Part shown: piece by piece, positions 28,858 to 37,606 of the stretch
Numbering within the stretch: position 1 is the stretch's first letter
Layout: the number at the start of each line of letters is the position of its first letter
Virus record (IMG/VR): IMGVR_UViG_3300006751_000010
Span: 1 to 62,673 of that record
Length of the DNA stretch: 62,673 bases
Strand: one strand, 5' to 3'
Source: a virus
Taxonomy: Duplodnaviria > Caudoviricetes
Made by a program: the position numbers and the translations under genes
Notes under the pieces: generated by a model
Database searches by the model: none
Seen by the model: only the letters and a program-made list of their open reading frames with translations
What the model was told of the DNA's origin: nothing

Positions 28858-31800
28858 TTAGCTAATTTTTGGTCGCATTTGTGCTTGTATTTGAGTAGTC
28901 CATTCGCCATCAGTTGACACACTGTGTTGTATACCTTTGATAAAAAATACTGTATTTTTTCTATAATTACTAGGCAATATATCAAAATCCAATACATCTC
29001 CAATTCTAAAACCAGTAATACCATCGATTGTAAATGAGCAATCCCACGTAAATATAGGTGATGTTATTTCTAATGCTGATTTTGGATTGTCAGCTGGATA
29101 TTGTATATATCGTTTCAATGCTTTAGTTAATGCATCTCGATTTCCAGAATTAGATTCTCTTCCAAATTTAATTTTTGATTTAATTAAGTTTTTCATATGT
29201 TTGATATGATTATCTTTATATTCTTTATTAAGTTTTTCTAAAAATTTAGAATTTCCACTACTTTGCATTAAATATAAAAATGGAGCAAAATCTTTTGAAT
29301 CTAAATTATCTGCACTTCCCATCAATGCATATGAATAATTTGACAAAGAAGCTGGCATTTTTGAAGATAAACTAAAATCTCTAACTATTGTTCCAATTTT
29401 TGTTCCTTCTGGGGTTTTGTCTAAATTAGGTGATTTTAATATATCAGTTGATAATTTATTTGTTAATCGAGCGGTCATCGGAACTATATATGGAACTACT
29501 GCATTTTTTTCTATAGCAGTACCAGAAAAATTTGCATCATAAAATAATAATTTATTTTGAAATATTCTATCTGGGTGGGTTACTAATTTCATTAAAACTG
29601 CCCCAGCTGTAGCATCGTTAATTAAATTACTAATACTTTCTAAAAATTGATTAACTGAAAATTCTAATGCAGATTTATCAACCATTGATGTAAATATATT
29701 ATCAATTTCTTGTAAGTTTATAAATATTCTACTCGGACATCCAACTGAAGATTTAATTCCGGTTTCATTTTCTACAGTATCAAAAAAGCCTGGAAAATGA
29801 TGTGGAGTATTTCCATTCGTTCCTAGTATATCTTTCATATAAATTGTAGATCCATATTTTTCAGTTGTCCCTCGTTTGTCATCTGCTGGTAATAATAATA
29901 CTTTTTCAGGATGTATTGAAACTAAATTAGGTAAATAATTACTAAAACACATTTTATCAGAACAAATTACACCAGCATCATCAGATCGGTCTTTAGTTTT
30001 TGAAATAATATTATCATTTAAAAATTGAATTAGGGTTCCTAATGTTATATATCGAGACCATGAAGCAATCGATGTATCAGATGGATCTGGTGTTGGTTCT
30101 CCTTGAAGAAACCACTGATCTGTAAATTTAAGAGTTGTTTTATTTTCTTCATTTATTGTTTCTTCATAATTGGTAGGACATAATCTAAATGCAAATGAAA
30201 ATTGTTGCAACTGTTCTTGTTGTTTAATTGTATAATCTTCTAACAAAATATCGTTTGTAAATCCAGTTGCATAAAATGTTAATGATTGATATGGATCATT
30301 TTGAGGAATAGAACTTATTGTTTTATATTCTATTGGCTGTATTGACATTGGATTAATAGCAAATTTTGGTCTGGTATCAGCCATTCCCCCTGGAGGTCCT
30401 TTATATGTTAGATCTTGGTCTGTTTGTGTAACACTACCAGAAGCAAATGATGTTATAATATTTTCAAAAATTCCTTTTGCTTGTTTATTTATATCGTCTG
30501 GTACATTTGGTAGGACTCCTCTATTTTTAGTATTAAAATGGGCTGGTATTTCTTCATCTGGTATATCAGGAACATTATATAATTCTTCATCTGAGATGTT
30601 TATTAAATATTGAATTGTTTGATATGTATTAACTATATCTATAAACTCAATTAATTTATGGTGAAATTGATAACTAGACATACGTTTTCGAGATACCGTA
30701 TTCAGTAATTCAAGTGTGCGTAATCCTTTTTCAAATTGTTGTTGTTTTAATTTTTGTTTTGATGTTTCATTTGCAACATTTTCTAATAATGTAGACGTTA
30801 AACTAGGTATTATTTTTTGTGCTATTGATAATGATGATTCTAAATTTTCAGTAGGAGCTCCTTTAGATTTAGCTTCAAATAGTTTTTTCTTTATATTAGC
30901 TATTTTGCTTTGTAATTTTTTTAATTTTTTTGCTCGTTTTTCTTGTCGTGCTTGTTTTTTCTTTTGTTTTTCTAATTGTTTTAATGTTTGTTTGTTCCGG
31001 TCTTCTTTTTCTTTTTCTAATTTGTTAAAAAAATCTTTTTCATACGTTCCTTCTGATGTATCGCGTAATGACTCTATTTCATCTTCATCATAATATGTAT
31101 CTGTTTGTTCATCATAATATATAGTTTCTTCATCAATCTCTTCAATGATATCAATATCTTCGTCTTCGAATTCATCTTCTCCTGGAAATTCCGTTGGGAG
31201 CGTGTTAATGGGAGTACTCGAATTATATTCAGGATCATCAGAAACATTGTTTTGTATCATACTAATATCTGTATGAGTATTTGATATACCTCTTAATTTT
31301 AATGTTAACTGACCGGAGAAATCTGATTGTATACTTAAATCAAAATTAATAATTAATCCGGAGAATTCAAATACATTTAATTTACTTAATTCTTGTAGTT
31401 TTTGTTGTACTTGTTCATCTTTTAAACCTGTTAATTTTTTTAATTCAGTAGCAGTTGCTGTCATCGTTTCACTTAAACGTAATTCGGTTATAACAGCTTC
31501 ATCTGGATATACAAATTTAATAACACAAAATCTGCCTGGGCGCATTAATATACTTTCGATTGAATCTAAGTCTCGTTGCATATTTGGAATTGATATTGTA
31601 ATATCTGCAGAATTTAATAATTTCTGTGCATGATCTCCGATAGTTACAGAAGCATTAACGATATATGGTGGTATTCTTTGTTGAACATTACCTCTACGAT
31701 AATTACCATATAAAGCTTCCTTGCCAGGCGTTGTAAATTTTTCTCCTTCGAATTCTGTTGTTATAGGATCTCCTTCGACCCACTCTATGGTACTAGCTGG

Positions 31801-32082
31801 TTTAAATATCTGAGCTGAAGGGCCTGCAGTTTCAGATAAAAATCCATTTTTTCCTGTCGGCTGATACTCTTCCCGCCTTACAGAATCCCCTCCTAGATTT
31901 AATATCTGTCTTGTTGTTTCATCTTTTCCAGCAAATGATTTTAATTCAACATTTGCTATTTTACCAACCATATAATTGATATCTCTAGTTGTTCTTCTAT
32001 AACCAGCTACTGCACGAGCATCTAGTTCTTGTTGCAAATTAGAATCTAATTCTGAATAAAATAAATTACCTTTTGTTGCCAT
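28858..32082 (-). CDS. putative baseplate hub protein (gp27/gpD-like)
   Basis: Follows the LysM baseplate gene; C-terminal 'FTIDGITGFRIGD...FFIKGIQHSVS..GEWTTQI' is typical of hub proteins. Confidence 0.55.
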   Translation of the reverse strand: MATKGNLFYSELDSNLQQELDARAVAGYRRTTRDINYMVGKIANVELKSFAGKDETTRQILNLGGDSVRREEYQPTGKNGFLSETAGPSAQIFKPASTIEWVEGDPITTEFEGEKFTTPGKEALYGNYRRGNVQQRIPPYIVNASVTIGDHAQKLLNSADITISIPNMQRDLDSIESILMRPGRFCVIKFVYPDEAVITELRLSETMTATATELKKLTGLKDEQVQQKLQELSKLNVFEFSGLIINFDLSIQSDFSGQLTLKLRGISNTHTDISMIQNNVSDDPEYNSSTPINTLPTEFPGEDEFEDEDIDIIEEIDEETIYYDEQTDTYYDEDEIESLRDTSEGTYEKDFFNKLEKEKEDRNKQTLKQLEKQKKKQARQEKRAKKLKKLQSKIANIKKKLFEAKSKGAPTENLESSLSIAQKIIPSLTSTLLENVANETSKQKLKQQQFEKGLRTLELLNTVSRKRMSSYQFHHKLIEFIDIVNTYQTIQYLINISDEELYNVPDIPDEEIPAHFNTKNRGVLPNVPDDINKQAKGIFENIITSFASGSVTQTDQDLTYKGPPGGMADTRPKFAINPMSIQPIEYKTISSIPQNDPYQSLTFYATGFTNDILLEDYTIKQQEQLQQFSFAFRLCPTNYEETINEENKTTLKFTDQWFLQGEPTPDPSDTSIASWSRYITLGTLIQFLNDNIISKTKDRSDDAGVICSDKMCFSNYLPNLVSIHPEKVLLLPADDKRGTTEKYGSTIYMKDILGTNGNTPHHFPGFFDTVENETGIKSSVGCPSRIFINLQEIDNIFTSMVDKSALEFSVNQFLESISNLINDATAGAVLMKLVTHPDRIFQNKLLFYDANFSGTAIEKNAVVPYIVPMTARLTNKLSTDILKSPNLDKTPEGTKIGTIVRDFSLSSKMPASLSNYSYALMGSADNLDSKDFAPFLYLMQSSGNSKFLEKLNKEYKDNHIKHMKNLIKSKIKFGRESNSGNRDALTKALKRYIQYPADNPKSALEITSPIFTWDCSFTIDGITGFRIGDVLDFDILPSNYRKNTVFFIKGIQHSVSTDGEWTTQIQAQMRPKIS

Positions 32083-32083
32083 T

Positions 32084-32380
32084 TTATCTTGTTTTATTTA
32101 TATTTTCAATTTCATCTAATATTCGGTCTTTATTTGGTATTCGTATAATAGTGTTTCTTGGCACTATCAATGTGCCTTTTCCTAATTTATTTACTGTTGC
32201 AATAATCCACCACAATGTTGGATCTCCATAAAAATCATTTGCTATTTTATCTAAACGCTCTGGAGTTGAAGTTTGTATCACGGTGTCCGTGCTATTAGGG
32301 GATGCTGATATAAGTATGCTGTGTAGTTTACGAATACCTTGTTTATTTTTTACAATTGTTGCTATGTCATACCGTTTCAT
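32084..32380 (-). CDS. LysM-domain baseplate protein (gp53/gpX-like)
   Basis: ERLDKIANDFYGDPTLWWIIATVN...IRIP. Confidence 0.8.
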   Translation of the reverse strand: MKRYDIATIVKNKQGIRKLHSILISASPNSTDTVIQTSTPERLDKIANDFYGDPTLWWIIATVNKLGKGTLIVPRNTIIRIPNKDRILDEIENINKTR

Positions 32381-33924
32381 TATTGTCCTTTAGCTTTTTT
32401 GAATTCGTCAGTTTCTCTAAGTTTAGTTTCTAATATTCCACCGCTACCATGACCTTTTTTATTTAGATCTTTAAAAATACCACTTTGTTTTGCATCATCT
32501 AGCCAATCTTTTTCTGTATTAGATGGGGTTATATTTCCATGTTTATCAGTACCTGTTTTTCTTTGCATATTTGCATCATAAGTATGTTTATCACCTAATG
32601 AGTAGAATGCTCCACCTTTCTCTGGTAATTCATTTGTGATTATATCTAATCCAATAGAAACTGATATTTTATGTGGAACTTGTTTCATTTCCGGGTCTTC
32701 TTCTAAATTTATTTCCCATGTAGTGTCACCATCCATTAATGTATAACTTAATGAATTAATTATAGCTGGAGTTGAAACGAATAAATCTCCAATTGTTACT
32801 CTTAGCCATGGTGCTATTAATGAAATTGAATTATTTTTATATTCAGGAGCTGTATATCCAGCTAGATAATTTAATTTTCGATATATAAATTTCATTTCAT
32901 CTCTAGATGTTGCATATACAGTGAAACTTAAATCGACGCTTCTACCATATCCACTATAATGATAATTGCTGTCAGCACGACCGATCATATTAATTGGCAT
33001 CCATGATGGCGAAAATGTGTCTGATAAACTAGTCATTGTTGCTCTAAAAACTAATATATCATCTTTTGCAGTTTTATTTCCTACATGTGCCTTGGGTCCG
33101 GTGAAAAAGAATTTAATAAAATCTTTAGTTGTGCCATATGGATTTGCTCCTAAGAATTTTGTTGCTTTCTGGATTTTTGTATTTTGTTTACTAAGCCATT
33201 TTCCAACTCCTCCTTCAGCATCTCCAAATAATTCTTTTTGCGGAAGCCATCTATATATTTGATGATGATTTCTTTTCCCGTAATCTATAACATTAACTTT
33301 ATCTCCCCGGAATGGTTGTAGTTTATTAGCTATATTTCTAGCTTTATCCATAAATGATGAGCCTTTCCACGTAGTACTCTGGCCGGCCATTGTTTTTAAG
33401 GTAAAATCATTTCTTAGCGCTGGTGCACCTTGAGTTCCTAAACCATAATAACTGTCTACATTATATAAACTATACACTCCAGTAGTGGCTGATGCACCGG
33501 CTAATACTCCAGCTTTAACACTACCTCTTAAAGAAGCACTTAATCCGTCTACACGCGTTCCCATAATATTAGGAGCTTTTCCCATTTTTGTCCAGAATTT
33601 TTCTTCTCCAAGTAATGATATTTTCCTAGTTCTAAAATCTGGATATGGTACCGGCATTAAATTAAAAGGCCTATTATTTAAATTTACAAAAGGAGCGGTA
33701 GCGAATATACTTTGATTCTTACCAACACCGGCGGCAGCTACATCTATAAATGCATTTACTCCAGGAACTCCTAATGCAGCAGCTGACATTTTTCCTCCGA
33801 TAGATAGAAGTCCGCCACCAATATTTCCCCAATCAATTCCAGAATCTTTATTATATGGAACTTTTTGATTGGTATTCAAAAACATATAATTTGGATGTCT
33901 ATCTCTATAGCTATTTATTTTCAT
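32380..33924 (-). CDS. baseplate/tail-tube initiator-like protein
   Basis: FRA..LSDTFSPSW...GRAD..Y.YSGYGRSVDLSF, and P.LRVTIGDLF: a tube-like fold located after the tape measure. Confidence 0.6.
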   Translation of the reverse strand: MKINSYRDRHPNYMFLNTNQKVPYNKDSGIDWGNIGGGLLSIGGKMSAAALGVPGVNAFIDVAAAGVGKNQSIFATAPFVNLNNRPFNLMPVPYPDFRTRKISLLGEEKFWTKMGKAPNIMGTRVDGLSASLRGSVKAGVLAGASATTGVYSLYNVDSYYGLGTQGAPALRNDFTLKTMAGQSTTWKGSSFMDKARNIANKLQPFRGDKVNVIDYGKRNHHQIYRWLPQKELFGDAEGGVGKWLSKQNTKIQKATKFLGANPYGTTKDFIKFFFTGPKAHVGNKTAKDDILVFRATMTSLSDTFSPSWMPINMIGRADSNYHYSGYGRSVDLSFTVYATSRDEMKFIYRKLNYLAGYTAPEYKNNSISLIAPWLRVTIGDLFVSTPAIINSLSYTLMDGDTTWEINLEEDPEMKQVPHKISVSIGLDIITNELPEKGGAFYSLGDKHTYDANMQRKTGTDKHGNITPSNTEKDWLDDAKQSGIFKDLNKKGHGSGGILETKLRETDEFKKAKGQ

Positions 33925-33933
33925 AATATTATC

Positions 33934-35847
33934 CTATGCTCTTCCTGATTGCATTTGAAATGGTGTATCTACAGTTACTTTTATTTGGCTCATGGCAGCT
34001 GCTAATAAAGCATAATCTATTGGTGCGCCTTGAACCGTAACTGGGATTGATTTTCCGTCTGGTAATGGTACTACTGCTTCTATTCCATGTAATGTTGCAG
34101 GATATCCCGTTGTTGGTCCTGATGCTATTCCTCCCTTTGCCCGTTCTATAACGTTTTTTACATTAACATTGCCTCCCTCAGCGACTGGTATTGTCATGTT
34201 CGGGATTGATGCACCTTGAATTCCTTTAACAATTGATGCCGGAAATTTACTGGTGAAAAAATCTTTAAGGTCTGTCATGACAGCTGTTGCTAAAGTTGAT
34301 GTACCTCCAAATCCTTCTACGAAATCGGTTAATGCCTTATACAAAGGTGCCTTTTGGTTATCCAATAGCGATTTCACAAGATTTAATTGTACATTCCCTA
34401 AATCTGTCATTACATTGGCTGCTTGTAATGATTGACCGAAAAATCCTTTTGCATCAGTAACTTGAGTATGAAAATTCGCTGTATATCCTTCCATTGTAGC
34501 TCTTGCATCTTCTAATCTTTTTGTAAATCCTTCGTCGTCCCCTCCATAAGCAGCTGAGCTGACTATCCCTGCAGTTAATGTTTTATCAATATTTTGTAGA
34601 TATACTTCAGACATAGTCATTTTATCTTTTTCTGATGTTTCTATCTCTTTTATATACTCTTCTAAGGCTGTTTTCTTTTTACCGTGTGTTTTTGATAATT
34701 CGGATTTCAGTTCTTTGGCACTTTTTCCGAATAAATTTCCTAAGCCTGATTTTTCAAGCATTTTAAATCTTGCTACTTGTTCTGCTACATCGTTTGCACT
34801 TTGATTGGTAAGTTTTGCAAATGATTCCATATTAAACACTGATCCGTCTAAAACATGAACTTGTGATTTAAGCATTTTATGATATACATCGGCGGCTTCT
34901 GCAGATTTACCTTGCATGGTATACTGATTCATTTGAGATATTAAATTTTCGCCATTTTGGTCAACAAGTCTTTGGCCGGAAATTAATTGATAGTCTATTT
35001 CATTTCCAACGGATTCTTCTATATTTAAAAAGCCTTTGGCTGTTTTATGTAATGCGTCCATGGACATGCCCAAAGACTTCATCTTTAGCACTGCTAATCC
35101 AATTTGATTAGGATATCTTGAAAATGTGTTTAATGTGGCCAATCCTGTTTTTGCAATTTCTTGTCCTATAAGATTTGATGCATTTTCAAAACCGGTTTTC
35201 TCTGATATAATCTCATTGAGTTCATATTGCAACATCATTTGTTTCTCCAGAGTAGGGATTACTTCTCCTTCATCATTTAGTTTTTGTAAACTCGAATAAA
35301 ATAATTGATTTTTACTTGCTTGTTCTCCGGTTAATCTAATATTTCTTTGTAATATCTTTTGGCCTCGGATTAATTTTTTATCAAACTCAGAAACTGACGT
35401 TGTTGATTTTAAAAACCCACCTTGAAGTTTTTTTACTGCTAAAAAATATTTTTCAGTTTCTTGTCTACCGGTTTTTAATGTTGCAGAATATATATCTAAT
35501 TGTTTTCCTAATGTCCCGGCTTCTTTATATGTTAAATTAAAAGCTTTTTGAAGCTTTGTATTTCTCTCTTCCATTTTACCAAGCATTTCAACATTTGTTT
35601 TATATACGTTTGCTAATTGTTCTGCTTGACCAATGGTTTTTTGAACGCCGACTAATATCTTAGAGTTAGCCGTTTCGTAACCGGACATTGCAGTTATAAG
35701 TTTTTTATATTCCTCTACTGCTGCAGTTGCACCTGGCTTGGTACCGGTTTTGGCCCCTGTATTTTTCTTCTTATGGGACTTTCCTCCTTGGCCATGTCTA
35801 GGTAACGACCTTAAATAAGAATATAATAATTTGTTTGTATGCTTCAT
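33934..35847 (-). CDS. tape measure protein
   Basis: 637 aa, helical; C-terminal AKGGI..GP...EAVVPL motif; follows tube and chaperone. Confidence 0.7.
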   Translation of the reverse strand: MKHTNKLLYSYLRSLPRHGQGGKSHKKKNTGAKTGTKPGATAAVEEYKKLITAMSGYETANSKILVGVQKTIGQAEQLANVYKTNVEMLGKMEERNTKLQKAFNLTYKEAGTLGKQLDIYSATLKTGRQETEKYFLAVKKLQGGFLKSTTSVSEFDKKLIRGQKILQRNIRLTGEQASKNQLFYSSLQKLNDEGEVIPTLEKQMMLQYELNEIISEKTGFENASNLIGQEIAKTGLATLNTFSRYPNQIGLAVLKMKSLGMSMDALHKTAKGFLNIEESVGNEIDYQLISGQRLVDQNGENLISQMNQYTMQGKSAEAADVYHKMLKSQVHVLDGSVFNMESFAKLTNQSANDVAEQVARFKMLEKSGLGNLFGKSAKELKSELSKTHGKKKTALEEYIKEIETSEKDKMTMSEVYLQNIDKTLTAGIVSSAAYGGDDEGFTKRLEDARATMEGYTANFHTQVTDAKGFFGQSLQAANVMTDLGNVQLNLVKSLLDNQKAPLYKALTDFVEGFGGTSTLATAVMTDLKDFFTSKFPASIVKGIQGASIPNMTIPVAEGGNVNVKNVIERAKGGIASGPTTGYPATLHGIEAVVPLPDGKSIPVTVQGAPIDYALLAAAMSQIKVTVDTPFQMQSGRA

Positions 35848-35867
35848 ATAATAATAAATATTATACT

Positions 35868-36100
35868 TTATTTTTTCTGAGTCGGTCCGCGGTTGATAGT
35901 TTTAGCAGGACGAGATGCTTTTTTATTTTGTTGGTTGATAGCATCGTGTTTTTTATTAACTTGTTCTATCCAAAATTTTCTAAGAAAAATTGGCATATGA
36001 TATATAGTATCCCAATCCCATCGACCTTCACCAAACCAAATTAAATTGAATATATGTTCATGAAGAATTTTTCGATCAGATGGTTTAAAACCAAAAAAAG
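35868..36100 (-). CDS. gp51-like / tail assembly chaperone C-terminal extension (probably reached by frameshift)
   Basis: 'IFNLIW..EGRWDWDTIYHMPIFLRKFWI' lies in the +1 frame overlapping the end of the upstream gene, with no convincing start of its own. Confidence 0.6.
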
Positions 36101-36852
36101 TCTGCTTTAAGAGGAAACCCGGCAGTGAAGGTGCTCCCATCTTCACCTTCAAAATCTGCTTCTAATATTACGCCTGGAGAATTATTAATAATATATTGTC
36201 TAAATTGTTTTGCTTGTTTAGATAAAAATTCATAACGAATAAAATGTTTAATACTTTCTTCATCTCTTTTATCTCTTACTTGTGTGATAATATTTAATAA
36301 AAACATACTAACAGTTTCATTTTCATTTGGAATAGTTTTTTTGATAAAAGAAAATTTTATAGTTAAATCAGTAGTTACTTGATATGAAAATTCACCATTA
36401 TCATCTGAGTTTAAATTAAATGGTTTGTATTTTATTTTTGTTAAATCTACTGATCGTTCTAAATCTTTATTTGTTACTGGATCTGTTACCATTACCGGAT
36501 AATCAGCTCCATATGCAAGTATTCTGGCTTGAATAACCAAACCATCTTTGTCTGTGTCTGATATATCATTTATATTAATACCTGGTGTTGTTATTATGCT
36601 TTCTAATAATTTATCTAACATAATTCCTTGTTGTATATATGATTTATTAGTTAATATATCTTCGTCATATGCTGTCATATAACGCATTTCTATAGTTCCA
36701 GATGCTAATGGATGATCTTTTGGATATATTTTACCTTCAGATGACAATTTTACAATTTCACTAGGTAATGAACTTTTTTGTGATGTATCATATTCTTGTT
36801 TTGCTAATTCAACAATATTGTCTTTGCTTAAACGATCGGTAACTCGTGCCAT
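36085..36852 (-). CDS. gp26-like baseplate hub assembly / tail assembly chaperone
   Basis: LSSEGKIYP, MRYMTAYDEDIL, ARILAYGADY, ends ADFFWF; lies between tube and tape measure. Confidence 0.7.
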   Translation of the reverse strand: MARVTDRLSKDNIVELAKQEYDTSQKSSLPSEIVKLSSEGKIYPKDHPLASGTIEMRYMTAYDEDILTNKSYIQQGIMLDKLLESIITTPGININDISDTDKDGLVIQARILAYGADYPVMVTDPVTNKDLERSVDLTKIKYKPFNLNSDDNGEFSYQVTTDLTIKFSFIKKTIPNENETVSMFLLNIITQVRDKRDEESIKHFIRYEFLSKQAKQFRQYIINNSPGVILEADFEGEDGSTFTAGFPLKADFFWF

Positions 36853-36895
36853 ATATTTCCTTTTATAACTTTTTTTATATAAATATCATGAACAT

Positions 36896-36922
36896 AAAAA
36901 ATGGGAGCTTTTGACTCCCATT
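36896..36922 (-). terminator. rho-independent terminator after tail tube
   Basis: Minus strand AATGGGAG-TCAAAAG-CTCCCATT followed by a T run. Confidence 0.8.
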
Positions 36923-36945
36923 ACTATAATATTATTATTAATATT

Positions 36946-37557
36946 TTAAAAACTTAATAATGCCCAATCATATCGAAGAGTTAATTCAATTGAAACGACT
37001 TCTTCTGAACTCCAATCTAAAGAACCAAAATTGGCACTAGTAATAAATGCACCTTTTAATTGCCATTCTTCAACAACTTCACCTAACGGACTTAATTGTT
37101 TTAATAAAATATCTTTTTTATAAAAATCCGAATATCCATCTCTTCCAGTTGCTGATTCGTGATGAGCTCGTATCCATTGCATTACGGCTTGTGCACCTGA
37201 TGGAACAATTGCATCATAAACTGTTATTGATAAACTACTCCATTTCGATTTACCTTTAATATATCTTTGGATATTTATATGATCTAATGTAATTTCGCCG
37301 TTTTCTATACTAGGTTTCGCTGCAGTTTTTATTAAAAATGCTGGTATAGCTGCTCCATTTGTATCAATGATTGACATTACAAATTGATGTCCTTTTTTTG
37401 GCTCCCAAGTAAACGCATTATCGAAAAAATCATTTTCATTGCCATTAACATAATCAGTAACACCTGTTAAATCTCCCGTCAATGTATGATTAGTGTTGGT
37501 TTGTGCTGCTAATGCAGAATTATTTGGATCAAATGGGTTAAACTGATCATTAGCCAT
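36946..37557 (-). CDS. tail tube protein (gp19-like)
   Basis: KGKSKW, GAQAVMQW, GRDGYSDFYKKD, EEWQLKGAF, LTLRYDWA; directly after sheath. Confidence 0.9.
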   Translation of the reverse strand: MANDQFNPFDPNNSALAAQTNTNHTLTGDLTGVTDYVNGNENDFFDNAFTWEPKKGHQFVMSIIDTNGAAIPAFLIKTAAKPSIENGEITLDHINIQRYIKGKSKWSSLSITVYDAIVPSGAQAVMQWIRAHHESATGRDGYSDFYKKDILLKQLSPLGEVVEEWQLKGAFITSANFGSLDWSSEEVVSIELTLRYDWALLSF

Positions 37558-37575
37558 AATATTTTCCTTTTTTTA

Positions 37576-37584
37576 TATAAATAT
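37576..37584 (-). promoter_or_regulatory. late-type promoter motif ATATTTATA (tail tube)
   Basis: Recurrent intergenic 9-mer. Confidence 0.65.
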
Positions 37585-37606
37585 ATACAACATTAAAAAA
37601 TTATCA

